Assembly: GCF_016433145.1 (NCBI RefSeq)
Contig: NC_058136.1
Location: 51,039,950 to 51,103,949 of the forward strand
Source of the DNA: Gracilinanus agilis
Taxonomy: Eukaryota
DNA: 64,000 bases
Direction of reading: 5' to 3'
The translations under genes were made by a program, and so were the position numbers. Below are positions 26,251 through 39,339 of the stretch, in pieces. The stretch's first letter is position 1. Every line of letters begins with the position of its first letter. A model generated the notes under the pieces. The model saw nothing but the letters and a program-made list of their open reading frames with translations. It was not told the origin of the DNA and ran no database searches.

Positions 26251-27819
26251 AGGCTGAATTTTTCTTTTTTGTTTTGCTTTATATTCCCTTATTTCCAGTA
26301 GTCTTCCTCTTCCTTCCATGGATTTTTATCCTCTTGTCTATTATTCTCTGTGACTGCCCTCCTTTTGTTCTCAGAGCTTTTATCTAGATTAGGAAAAAAC
26401 TGGATTTGTAAAACTTTTAAATGGTCAACCTCATTTCTCTGTCTCTTTTTAAAAAATGCAAATCTGAGTTTTTCGAATGAGAAAAAATACTGAAATGAGC
26501 ACTAACTAGTATAAATGGTTGATTTCTTTTTACAGTAGGTAACGATTAATTACATTTTTGTTGCAAATGTCATGGTATTGTATATGGGGCAAATGGTCCT
26601 TAACTATGTCCTGGGGCTTGTAGCTCTGCTTTGTCATTTAGTTTAATTTTCAACAGGATAAAATGGTGTAGGGATAAATGAATGCAGACTCTGGAGCCAA
26701 ATCACACCCGGTTCTGAGCGGTAAAGTGTTTTGGACCAAAGTAGATTAACCTAAATGCAGAAACTAAAGTAGACAGTTGAAAAATGATGAGAACTCAGCG
26801 TATATGGCAATTGTGGCATAGATTCCTCCTGAATGTTCTGTGATGTTTGCATGACTCGTCATAGTTAAAATATCGAAGGTCTATAGGGGTCACAAAATCA
26901 ATGTCTGCCATCATTTACATATTTTGAACTGAGTTCAGGGCTTGTATAAAGTGACCCTGGAATTCTCAAAGAAAATTACCTGGAAACTAAAGGGCATTTT
27001 TATCTTAAATGTCCAAGAGGAACCTACTTTTATTGTCCTTGAGCTGTCTTTAGTTCTCTATTCAAAGTGAATGTCTCCTCTTTATTCCAGAACTTTTCCA
27101 CTATAGCATGTTTTCCAAGAAGACTCAACTCATTGTTTGCATTTCTTTCTAAAGGCCCCTTTCACTGGCTTACTAGCATTTCTTCTTAACATCCTCCTCT
27201 CCAGTTGAGGAAATTCCCAACCAAAAAAATATTGCTTTCTTATTTTTCTCCAAGATCTTTTCAGTTGATGGACTTTACATGCACTCGCGTTTATTTTCCA
27301 GGATTTTGCCCTTCCATTCTGCCCAGTAGAGAAAATTATAGCCTAATATTTGTGCCTTTGTTCGCGGGAGTGGATAAAACAAAGACACATGGACTTAGAT
27401 GCTCCTTAAATCTCTACCCCCACCTTTAATCGTATGATTCTATACTAAGTGTGAGTGTGAGTGCTGTTCCCTTTTTTGTAACTGTGAATTCTTTTTGCTG
27501 CATATGAGCAGAGGATAAGCACACATTGGTCATCCTGCAAGCCTTTGTCAAGTGCCAGGTACCATGCTCAGTGCTGGAGATACACAGAGAAAAGCAAATC
27601 ATCTTTCTCACCCTTAAAGAGTTCACGTTACAACAGGGTAAATGACATGCAAACAATTGTGTACTTTGAAGCTGATAACAAATGATGTTTCCAGGTGTTC
27701 TTATTATGGGGGTTCTTCATTTTAACCAACCTCGTTCTTATACTTGCATTGATCTAAAAGGTCTTTGGAGTCACATATGCATGGAATAGACACAGTTTTT
27801 GTTTTTCAGTACTAATCCC

Positions 27820-28380
27820 CCCCAATTTATTGATAGCTTTCATTTATACATAACCCATATCTAGATATAGTCTTCCTTATGCAGAGCCATCTCTTGAAAC
27901 AAAGATTAAATAAGAAATAGAAAAAAAAGTTCAGCAATACGAACCAGTATGTCACTGAAATCTGACAGTATATATGTAGTGTTCAATGTCCTGGCAAAGA
28001 AGATGGAGAGATGTATTTTCTTTTTCTTCTTTGGAGTCAAATTTGTTTATTATAATTTTGCTGCATTCACTTTCATTTTTGTTGCTCTCTACATTTACAT
28101 TGTCATATCCATTTTTCCTATTTTTTGGATCCTCCAGACTTCCCCTTGCAGGAATTCATATACATTTTGCATACTTCTCTGTATTCTTCATATTCATTAT
28201 TTCTCATGTTTTACTAATATTTCATTACTTTAAAATGCCCCAGTTGTTCAGCCATGTTTGAATTCGTGAGAATCTCCTTTGTCTCCCATTCTTTACAACT
28301 CCAGAAACTACTGCTATAAATATTTTGGTATATACGGAATCTTCTATTTTTGATCACCTTCCTAAGTATCACTTGTCACC
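27820..28380 (-). mobile_element. Old L1 3' end fragment
   Basis: gagccatctcttgaaacaaag...gttgttcagccatg...actactgctataaatattttggtata. Confidence 0.75.
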
Positions 28381-29109
28381 ATTTACAAGGTTTTGAGTTA
28401 GAATATAGTGACAAATGCCAGTTTGGCTAATTGCCACTGGGTTTGTAAATAAAATTCGGATATGGTCTTTCCGTAACTATTTTCAGGTCACTTAGTATCT
28501 GCTTAATCTTTTTACACTTTAATAAACTAAGAGAAAGATGGAGATCATTAGATATCTAACTGTAATTTAGCAATGTCAAGATTAAGGGGGGATTATGGTC
28601 ATTAAGAGCAAAATGGTTTCATTTATGGACTGAGAACAATGAGGGCCATCAATAAACCACTTTCTGGCTCTAATGATGCTACTTCTCTATAATTGTGTGT
28701 AAATCTAACAAACTAATTTTCTTTGATTCTTAAGGGAATGAGTATTAAACAGACAACTTTGGAGAGTGTTTTTCTTTTATCTCCCTTAAATTTTGTCATT
28801 AAAAACCTAAGTGGATGGATATTTGTATTTGCTGATGAATATAAGAGATCCATTCTTGGTGAATTGATCTTTTATTTATAGGCACACAGGCAATTTTCTG
28901 TCCTGGTCTATCTTCGTATTATCAAGAGGATCAGGATTACCAGTATTACTTAAGTGATCCATTGCTGACACCATCTGAATGTCGCAAGAGTCATTCCTTT
29001 CAGACATGTTGTCACCTTGTGAAATTACCAACCAAATGGAAATTCCTTGTCAGAGGAGTAGAGAATGAAGGAAGTGGCTATGTGAAGGTTTTACAAAGAT
29101 TGATCCCTA

Positions 29110-29305
29110 AAGCATCATAAGATATAGAAAATTTAGAGGTGAAAGAGGCCCTCAAGAGTATTGAATCTAACTCCTTTTTTCAGAAGAGGAAACTGGGGTA
29201 CAGAGAACTTAAGTGCCTTGCCCAGATTCACAGAGTAAGAGCCTAAGGCAGGAATTAGTCTTGGGTCCTCCTCACTGAAGGTCCAACACTGTTCATTATG
29301 CCATC
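29110..29305 (-). mobile_element. MIR3-type SINE
   Basis: atttagaggtgaaagaggccctcaagag...gaggaaactggggtacagaga...aagtgccttgcccaga. Confidence 0.75.
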
Positions 29306-29359
29306 TGGCTTTTGAAAATTCTTGCTTGTTAAACATTGACCATAGGTTTATATTAGTGT

Positions 29360-30603
29360 TGTGGTGGGGCTGGAGATTAACTCTTGGTCCAGGGAGGGTG
29401 CCCTTTCAAGAATGACCGACTCTGGTGGAAACCCTTTAAAGATAGAGAGATTTATTTAGGTTGAATGGTTGGGAGTCAATGTGCAGGACCAACTGCCTCC
29501 CTGAACAGAGAAAAGTTCAGGATTTTTATATCCTAAAGGATTGGGGTCTAAGCAACTTGGAAGGGAAGGATGGGGAGGGGGATGAACAATGAGAACAAAC
29601 AAGTGGGTCAATCAAGGGAGAATAGGTAACTGTGGGAAGCCAATAAGAGAAACAGAGTCTCAAATAGATAAAAATCTGAGATTCCTCTTTTGACCCCTTT
29701 TGTCATCCACACCCTTTCTTGTTGAAAAGTACTGTGGCCTTATTGAAAAGCTTTAAGCTCTTAGCAAACCAACAGTCAAGAGGTTAACATTCTCCCCTTT
29801 GGTCAGAAATGCAGCCGCTGGGTCTCAAAAAGTGGTTTTAGACATTCAAGGCCAAAAAATTCAGGGACTTCCCAACCCCTCAAAATATTCTCAGACTTAA
29901 CTGATGATGAGGCAGCTACAATCCAACCTTGTACTCTTATCTTCACCTTTAAGTTTTTGAGGTTTCTGTGTGTTGTCTAAACTAACTGCAATGTCCACAA
30001 AGCTGTAAATCTTTCTCTGTGCTTTTGGGTGAAAGGGAGTTTGAATTTTCATATATAATAAACTTGTGACTCAATGGCACTTTGGAGAAGCAGCTATGAG
30101 TTAACAGTCAAGATAGTCTCCCATTTCTTTATCAACTAAGCTGTCCTTATCAGAGATGATAAATAGATCTCAACAGGTAACAGAATAGGTGCCTTTGGGT
30201 CTGGGGGCTTAAACATAAGCACATATCCCTTATGACATCCTGATCATACAGGTAGGTCTGGGAGCATAAAACAAGTACACATCCTTTATGGCATCCTGAT
30301 CATGGTACCCATCTTGAGAAACCTTGGGGATGTTTGGGATCATAACTGATGTTTGAGATATAAGGATCATAAAAGTGGGTAAATTATCTAGAGGAACCTA
30401 ATGTGTTTGAGATGTAAATATGACGTATCCCCTCATACTCAGACCCTTATCTTAAGGCTATTGCAAATACATCCAAAGCTTAGAGGTAGAGGACCCTAGT
30501 TTGTTCAACTGCCAGCCCCGCAAGGTGAATTCCTCACATAGTCTTTGACCTTTGGTATATCTAGGAATTTGGGGTATACTGGGGGACCCTAGTACCCACC
30601 ACA
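29360..30603 (-). mobile_element. Solo endogenous-retrovirus LTR, 1244 bp, antisense to DIAPH2
   Basis: TG...CA ends with a 9-bp terminal inverted repeat (tgtggtggg at 29360, cccaccaca ending at 30603). The minus strand has TATAAA at 29525-29530 and AATAAA at 29451-29456 in LTR order, plus imperfect tandem repeats in the U3 part. No matching TSD was found. Confidence 0.75.
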
Positions 30604-32769
30604 TCAGGAGTTTTTAATTTGTACTCTTTCCAAATGTTAACTTCAGTTTATCAGCCTTACTTCTTGCCTCCTTTCTGAATCAAGAAAATATGCCAACGAA
30701 GTATCAGAAACTGGAGTGCTCTTATTCTTTTCATGGTGAATGAACCTGCCCCATAGGGTGGTGTATTTTTTCCAGGCTGTGAGATTCAGCTCACTCAAGG
30801 CATCAGTCTGATTTTTCTCCTTAGTTTTCAGTGTTTTAATTTAATAGTCAAATCACTCTTCCTGCCCCAAAGGGAGGATTTTAAAGTCACTGAAGAATTC
30901 AGAGCACTGCAATCCATACTCTCCTCCCATGTTGCATTACAAATGGAATAAAGTTCCTATCACTTAGACATGTTTGGAAATGGAAAAAACCTTGTATGAG
31001 TCAGAGGATGAATAGGATAAGAGGTGTCCCTCTCAGAAGAGAGTACAAATTCAACTGTGCTTAGCACAGTTCTGTGGGAGATACAGGAAGTGTACCAGAC
31101 AGAACTCCCTTTCCTCAAGGGTCTCATAATCTGGGGCAGACAAGATAGGCACACTTCAAATAACTATAGAGTTGTGCCAGAGAGTGGAGAATCAAGTGGT
31201 AAATTGTGTTGTTTAGATGCCAGGAGTTCAGAAAAGAGAAAGTTAGAGTGCCAATGTGATGTCAGGACTGTACTGCTTCCCTAACTGTTATAGATGAGTG
31301 AATGATGTTTCAGGAACACGTTGTGATATGTATGTGCCATTAACAGCAGTCCCTCTTTTGCAGTATATCCTGGAGAATAGCTGGTAAAATCTAAGCCTAT
31401 CAAAATGAATTCTCTGATATGAAATATGCAGTATAATTAAAAACATGCTGGTGCTTGTTACTAAAGGGTAAACAATGAGCTTGCATTTCAGAGCATAGAA
31501 TGTAAAATATGCAGGTGCAGGCTATCAGCACAAGTCAGCTCAGTAGTAAAGAATCTGGATTTGTTCCAGTGCATATGGCCAGGTGTGGTTATGGGTATTA
31601 GGAATAGTCATTTGCCTTTATTTTAAAATTTTTTCCACTGATTTCCATTGTAGACAGACACACATGCATCAATAAAGCCTTAAAACACTATATAAATTCT
31701 AGCTATTATATGTATAAGAGTAATGACATGTAGCCAGTTGCCTCATGTTTATTATGAAGACATGAGAAGTAGGTGCTCAAATGGAACTCTTTTAGGTTGG
31801 TTTTCCTTCCATTGACCCAGATGACAACCCATCCCTATGGGGCCCGCCATGTCTGCCCACCTCTGCCCGTGGCTTCCCATGAATTCAGTATAGGACAGAC
31901 ATGCACAGATACACTGAGCATAAAGCGAGGCTTCTATATTCTCAGCATTCGACAAACCTATCTTCTGCCTTGCTCATACATTCCCTTGGGAACGGGCTTT
32001 ACTCTGCTTCTCTTTCATAGTTCCTCATAGTGAAGCCTATGAAGACACCCCCACCAGATTCCCCGCCCCAATCCATTGCTCTTTGGAAGAGAACTCCTTT
32101 CTGATTCTTTGCAGACTAGAGTTCTCTCTAGTGTTTCACTGAATAAATAAATAGCTATGAAATGTTGTGGAATCAAAACTAGTTGGTCTAAATTTGCTAA
32201 ATATTTAACCACCTTCCTCAACAGGATTGATCAAATACCTGTAGCATGCGTAGGATTTGCTAAATGGGCAAAAACCAGATGAATATAATGTATATGAAAT
32301 GCAAACAGTGATATCTTCCTCCAAGTTCTATCAATGTAGAATTAATGTGAGTTTTATGCAATTTACTGTTAGAAAATCAAGGTCTTAGCATGTTGGGCAG
32401 TAGCTTGTGGTTCGTTGATTGATTCAACAAATGTTACTAGAAAACTTCCCATCTGTTAAGCACTGTGAGGAACAAACACTGCTATTGCCCTGAAGGAGCT
32501 TAGGGAGAGATTGGTTTTTCCTTGGCAGGGTAGTAGATAAGGATTGAACCACGTTGTCTTTCACTAATAAAATGCTTTCATGAAGCCCTCCCATGGCCCA
32601 GGACTTGTCAGATATCTGGTTGAAGTAGCAGCTAGCTTTCCATTAGAAATCTTTAGGGTAATGGGACTCTTGGGTTGTGTTATTTGGGGGGGGGGAGGTT
32701 GTTTGTTTTTTGCTTTTATTTCATTTTGGTTTTTAAAGAAAACAACCAAATAGCCCACTCCATTTTTTT

Positions 32770-32945
32770 AAACCCTTGTACTTCGGTGTATTGTCTCATA
32801 GGTGGAAGATTGGTAAGGGTGGGCAATGGGGGTCAAGTGACTTGCCCAGGGTCACACAGCTGGGAAGTGGCTGAGGCCGGGTTTGAACCTAGGACCTCCT
32901 GTCTCTAGGCCTGACTCTCACTCCACTGAGCTACCCAGCTGCCCC
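32770..32945 (-). mobile_element. Very young SINE1_Mdo-type SINE
   Basis: Intact A and B boxes, CpGs retained, TSD tccattttttt (32759-32769 / 32946-32956). Confidence 0.95.
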
Positions 32946-33829
32946 TCCATTTTTTTTTTACTTAGATAGGTTTGGCCCTTTAGATGCATAGGGCTCAGCC
33001 CAGCTGACTTCAAAATTTCAGTCTGTTGTTCCAAACTGTGACTAGCCAGATTCTTGAATCCTGTAATTATGTTCATTATTAAATTATAACCCCAAAATTT
33101 ATATAGAGAGATACACTTTCTTTTAGGAAGTCAGAAATCACCTTCTTGCTTCATGGTAAAATCTTTGGGCTACAATTAAAACAAACTTACAGGAACTGAA
33201 ATTATTGTGTTAATGTGTTAAATTCTTTAGGGATATTAGAAACCAGGAAAATACTATTTTCATCACAAGAATGAGTTCCTTTAGAAAGTGAAACTATTGA
33301 AGTCATGTATAAAAGGCATGGGGAAAAAATAGCATTTACCAACTTTGCTTGTTGGTTTGGCACTACTCATTACTGTGTACTTACTTTTTTTCTTTCTAAG
33401 ATCATACCCTTTATTAGGCAGCAATATTCTACTAATGGAGAAAAGAAAATGAGCAATTTACAATTATGTAAATAAGATATCGTTTTTTCTATTTCTGAAA
33501 AGTATTAGAGAGAGTTTTTTCCCCTCTAAATGAATAAAATCTCAAATAAAATTAGAATCTCTGTACCTCTCCGCTCATTTAGGGGTGACAGTAGTCACAA
33601 TTTGCAAAGAAAAAAAACCTGTAGAGATGCCATAAAACAAGATTATCTTAGAATTGAGATTTCTTTTCTCACACCATGCTAAAAATGTAGCCGATAGTTT
33701 TTGTTTCCAAGATTTATGAGGGATCCATTCATGCAATGTGATTTGCATTTTAAAGAATGGATCTAAAATATAACTCATAACATGTAGAGAGAGAAGTGCT
33801 AATCTTACCCTGTCCATCTACTTTTAATT

Positions 33830-34072
33830 GATTTTCAGTTATGCCCACCTCTTCTTCACTCCATTCATGGTTTTCTTGGCAAAGATACTGGAGTGGTTTG
33901 CCATTTCCTTCTCCAGTTCTTCTTACAGGTAAGGAAACTGAGGCAAACAGATTTAAGTGGCTTTCGAAGAGTCACCCACCCAGTAAATGTCTGAGGCCAT
34001 ATTTGAATTCCAGAAGATGAGTCTTTCTCACTGCAGACCTGATTCTCAATCCACGACACCACCAGTCTGCCA
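33830..34072 (-). mobile_element. MAR1-type CORE-SINE
   Basis: ggttttcttggcaaagatactggagtggtttgccatttccttctccag (antisense RTE-type tail) plus CORE ggaaactgaggcaaacag. Confidence 0.88.
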
Positions 34073-35649
34073 CTAGATGTTAGTAGCACTTGTCTCAGTT
34101 GGTGGCCTGTGCTACCTGTGTCTAGGATGTCACAGTTGTCGGCCCATGCTTTGGAACTTTTGCCTTAGACTGTCCTAGTATGTTTTCTAGAGGGTGATAC
34201 TTAATGGCTATCTTCAAATTCTGGGGACATTGCACAGAACCACTAATTCGTGTTAAGATAGTGACCATCTCCAGGAGATTATAACTGCCCTTTGTAGTGT
34301 GTTAGGTTTGGGAGCATTTATGAGTGGAATTTACCAAGTTTATTTTTAATCCATAAAGTAAAAGTATCATAGGACAATGAATCAATGTTTGCAAAAAATC
34401 AGCCTGGTTGCAATATATAGAAGATGGATCAGGAAAGAAAGGTCAGTTAGCAGGTTCTCATGATAGCCGAATTGTAAGGTTATGCAGGCCTGGGCCAGAG
34501 TGGTGGCAGTGAGAATAGAAAGGAAAGGAAGAACTGAAGAACTTTAGTAATCAACTGCATATAAAGAGAAAAGTATAGGTAGGGTTGCAGAGAAAGAAGA
34601 GAAGCTAACAGAAAAAAAACAACAACAACAGAATAAGAGCAGCCACTTAAATCTAGATGGTATATTGGAAAAAAGAAGATCCCTGGGTTTGGGATGGGAG
34701 AAGTATTCATTCATTATTTCCTTCAGTCCCTATTCTATATGCCAGGAACTCTATCAAATATTGGAGATACCAAGACAAACATAAAAATAGTCGCTGCCCT
34801 AAAAGAGCTTATATTCTGCCTTGGGTAAACAAACCCCCATCAGTAAAAATTAGGTAGAAATGGTTTTTTTCCCCTATGTTTCTTACAAGTATAAATTTAG
34901 AAGGGGCTGACGATTGACATGTTTCATCATTACTTTCCAACTCATGTTAAGCAAAATAGGTATTAATCTAGTTCTTTCATACATCCATGGTGTGCTCTTG
35001 CATCATCAGTGATAGAGACGTACCACAAGATTTGAGGGCAAAGCAGTGAGAGAATAAACTGTTTACTTTGAACTTCTAGCTTGTTGCTAAGTGACATGGT
35101 ATATAAACCTATTATATTAATGACTAATCGTGGCTTATCCAGAAAACAACAAAATGAGAAGAATTTCCAGGGGAAAAAAGATCCAGAGGTTTAATACCTA
35201 TTTAAGAGGCCAAAATTTATAAATAGAAATGTATTATCTAAGGTACTTACATATCCTTGGGGTTGTTTAGGTACGTAGAGTGAGATTTAAGTAGACAATT
35301 TCAATTCCACAAGCCTTTATTAAGCAACTTGAACATGCTAGACCCTGTTACATAGATGTGGCAGTGTTTGGGGAACTTACCTGTGATTTCATCTTTGTAA
35401 AGTACTATCAGGTGCTAGAAATGGAAAGACAAAGGGGAAACAGGAAATCAATATACAAAAGAAGACAATGATTTTACAACTTCAGATTTCTAAAACAGCT
35501 TGTTTTTCCAGCTCCTTGTCACTGAGGTATTCAATAGAATTTAAATAGTCCAAATGTATTCTTATAATAAAGTATTTTTTACTGCTGGAAAGTAGTACTA
35601 ATTTGGGAATATTTTTTAAAGAATTCTTTGAGTGAATAGACAATTCAAA

Positions 35650-35915
35650 ATAATTGTAATAATAACTAGCATCAATATTGTGCTTTAAATTTTGCAAAGT
35701 ACCTTACATATATCTCATTTGATCCTTGCAGCAACTTTATAATATATAATATGACTATTATTATAAACAGTTTATATATGAAGAAACGGAGGTTGAGGGA
35801 TGTCCAATGACTTCCCCAGGGTCATAGAGCTATTAAGTATCTGAAGCAGAATTTTAATTTAGGTCTTCCAACTACAAGTCCAGCACTGTATCCACTATAT
35901 TACCTAATTGCTTCC
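35650..35915 (-). mobile_element. MIR-family SINE
   Basis: tgctttaaattttgcaaagtaccttacatatatctcatttgatcc...tgacttccccagggtcatagagcta. Confidence 0.78.
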
Positions 35916-36639
35916 CAATTCCCCAAAGAAAATTCTTAAAGTTACATGATGATAATGATGATAGCTAGATGGATAGATTAGATAGGGAGAGAGACAGGCA
36001 GACAGAGACATTGAGGAAGCATTTCTTCTTGAGCACTTACTATGTGCCAAGGGTTGGGGACGAAGTAGCCAGAAGCAAAAGAGGCAAACGAAGCTGTCCC
36101 TGCTCTTGTTTTGTTGACGTGCTACAAAGCCTATTTGGATGAGATCTTGGCAAGGAGCTCATGGCAAGTGTTAGTTGAGGCCTGGTTTCCAGCAGGACAA
36201 GGCGAAATGGCTCACCTGTCTGTGATGAGAATTGCTTTCAGGGTGCAGTCTGGGCTCAGTGAAAGTTTCCATTGGGGTTGAGATGGCTGAGAATGCTGAA
36301 TTTGGTCTCTACTTTATGTAGAATAATTGTAGGCCAAATTCCATAGATCACATAGGTCATGTCTGCAAACTGGGTCCTCTCTGAAATGTGTGTGCTTTTT
36401 TGCAGGTGCATATGTTCTTTTAGCATATTATTGACCAAAAGACTATTTCAAAGATAGCTATCTCTCACAACCTTAAAAAGACAATTGGCTCACAAACATA
36501 TGCAGATTATACTTAGGGAACAGTTGACTCACCTGTTATTATTATATACTTTCTTTTACCATATTATTTAATCATAATTAGAGAATGTATTCTAGCCTAA
36601 CATAAATAATGGATGTATAAATGATATTGATATAACTGC

Positions 36640-36882
36640 GGCTGCTTAGGTTGCTCAGTGGATAAAGGGTAAGGAGTCAGGAAGATCCGAATTCAAATGC
36701 TGATTCAGACACATCTAGCTGTGTGACTGTGGGCAGCTCACTTAACCCTGTTTGCCTCAGTTTCCTCATCTGTAAAATGAGCTGGAGAAGGAAATGACAA
36801 ATCACTTCATCATCTCTGCTAAGAAAACCCCAAATGGCGGGGTAATGAAGAGTTGAGCACAATCGAAATGACTGAACAACAA
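36640..36882 (+). mobile_element. MAR1-type CORE-SINE
   Basis: cacttaaccctgtttgcctcagtttcctcatctgtaaaatgagctggagaaggaaatg...aagaaaaccccaaatgg...atgactgaacaacaa. Confidence 0.9.
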
Positions 36883-37269
36883 TGTAATTACCAGTGACTT
36901 CAAAGTTCTGGTTACAAGATCCTTTCTTTTGCCCATGTTCTTTAAACTCATATATTCAATTTAATTTGAGTAATAGACATGTATTCTTATAATAAAATGT
37001 CATTTGCTGCTAGAAGGTATTACCATTTTAGCTTCTCTGAGAGATTCTGTAGCATAGATCCTTAGAATACTCAAATTGAAATGTTTTCAAGATATTTTTT
37101 CCTATTCAGTTCCCAAGAGTCCATATACAAGTTTCAATGTTGGGAATTCACATTCACTGAAGCAATGATACAATCTTGTTCTGGTATTCTGTTGATCTAA
37201 ATTTGTTCATTAGATTTACATGAGAAAGAAGATGTTTGTAATACTTTACAACTTTTGTATGCTCTAAAG

Positions 37270-37461
37270 CAGTGATTCCCAAAGTGGGTGCCACCGCCCT
37301 CTGGTGGGTGCTGCAGCGATCCAGGGGGATGGTGATGGTGACAGGTGAATTTATCTTTCCTATTAATTGCTATTAAAATTTAGAAAAATAATTTCCAGGG
37401 GGATAAGTAATATTTTTTTCTGGAAAGGGGGCGGTAGGCCAAAAAAGTTTGGGAACCACTG
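37270..37461. mobile_element. hAT MITE, 192 bp; same ends as 12002-12193
   Basis: TIRs cagtgattcccaaa / tttgggaaccactg and a perfect 8-bp TSD ctctaaag (37262-37269, 37462-37469). Confidence 0.93.
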
Positions 37462-38749
37462 CTCTAAAGAGTCCTCATATCCATAGGATCTCCAGGATTA
37501 ATTACCCTAACTATCTGTACTATCTTTCACATTTTTGCCTTCCTTTTTTTCCCACTTCTCTCTCCCTGTCTAGAACACTAGAGTCATCCTAGGATCTAGT
37601 TCAGCTTTGCCTGTCTCTACTTTTACTAACTACTTGACTAATACTTGAGTTTTCGCCTTCTCTGGACAGTATCCCTAGGAAGTGGTCATCTAGCCAAGGC
37701 AATACATTCTGCCAGATCTCTTAGATCATTTGCTTTTCACCATCCTAAAGTTTTATTTCATTTCTTATGACTAAGCATTAGTTAGCTAATTAATCAATGA
37801 GTATTTATTAAGATCCTTGTCCTAGAACTTTGTCTTGAGATTAAAAATATATTTCTTTTTCAAGTGGTTCATCTCTGTGGGAAATGTCTGAACATTCTGA
37901 AGTATCACAGGATATGAGAGTTGGAAGGGATCTCAGTGGCCCTTGACTCCCAATTCATGCACGAAAGGAATCTATCACAATCTCAAAGGAAAATACAAAA
38001 CTGATTGTGAGAGAATTGGTTCTTCATTTCCCACTACCTGATTTGCTTGGTTTTGGAACATTGTCCCCACAAGCCAGGTACCCTCTGGTTCAACCCTCAC
38101 CTTTTTCAGCTTCCTTTTGTGTTTTTTCTTTTCCTATTAGATTGTAAGCCTCAGTGGTCAAGTACTATCATTCTTTCTTATTTGAAGCCCCATCACTTAA
38201 AACAGTGCTAAACACATGGTAAATACTTGATTAATAAATATTTATTGACTATTGATTGATTGGTGTTTTTTTAATGTACTTTTAAAAAAATCAAGTAATT
38301 TTCTTGATGTTGTCACTTAGTTGTTGATCAGAGACATACCTGATGATTTTTTATTAATCTTTATTCTGTATTTGTGTTCGTCTTTAATGGGGTGTCTCAT
38401 CCTAACTACTTGTATGTTTGAGATCAATGCTGAAAAATGCTAATTGATCTTAGAAGTGACATTCTCTGGCTATATTACACAAAAGCAACAAATTCCCAAT
38501 TTCAAATATACTTTTGAATATACACAATATAAATGTACCATAAAAGATTTTTCCTCCAAAACTTTCAAAGGAGCAATATCTTGTAAATTTTATTAGGTAG
38601 CATATGAGGGGCTATCTGGTATAATTAGCATATTTATAGTTCTTTAAGATCTGTAAAATGTTTTTATATATTATCTCATTTTATCTTTGGTAGGTTATTG
38701 TTTATCAGTTATTCTTGTGAAACTGTTCATATTTTATGACACCTCATTT

Positions 38750-39260
38750 CTTGTGGAAGGGCTCTTGAATCATGTTCACACAAATAAACGCACATATCAA
38801 TTCTTATAGATTTTGGATGTTAAAGTTTTATCAGAGATACTTGTTGCAAAGCTGTTTCCCTACCTAATGATATATCTTATTATTCTAGTTGCATTGATTT
38901 TGTTTATTCAAAAGCTTTTAAATTTTATATGATTGAAATAATTTATCTTTGATTCTTATTTTTACCCTTTATATGAATCACTAGAAACATGAAAAGTCTC
39001 TTCTATTTTTTTAAAATCATGTGACCTTTAATAGTCTAGATATTGATCTAATTCTATTTTCTGCTACTTCCTTGGCAATTTTTCCACTAGACCTTGTTGA
39101 ATTTCTCTTTGATTGGGGGTTTATTGAAAGATGGTTGCTGTGCTCAATTGCCTCTGTGTCTAGCCCAGTCTTTTCTATTTATCTACTTTTCTGATTTGTT
39201 ACCAGTAATCAATAGTTTTGATCATTATTGTTTTATAATATACTTTTAAGTGTGATAATG
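38750..39260 (-). mobile_element. Old L1 ORF2 fragment
   Basis: cttttatcagagatac-like ttttatcagagatacttgttgcaaag...gttgcattgattttgtttattcaaaagctttttaaattt, antisense ORF2. Confidence 0.6.
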
Positions 39261-39339
39261 TATATTGGATATCATTAAAGGTTGCTTGCATTTCTACCAT
39301 TTTGTGACTGTATATCCCACTAAGTATTTTTTAAACTTA

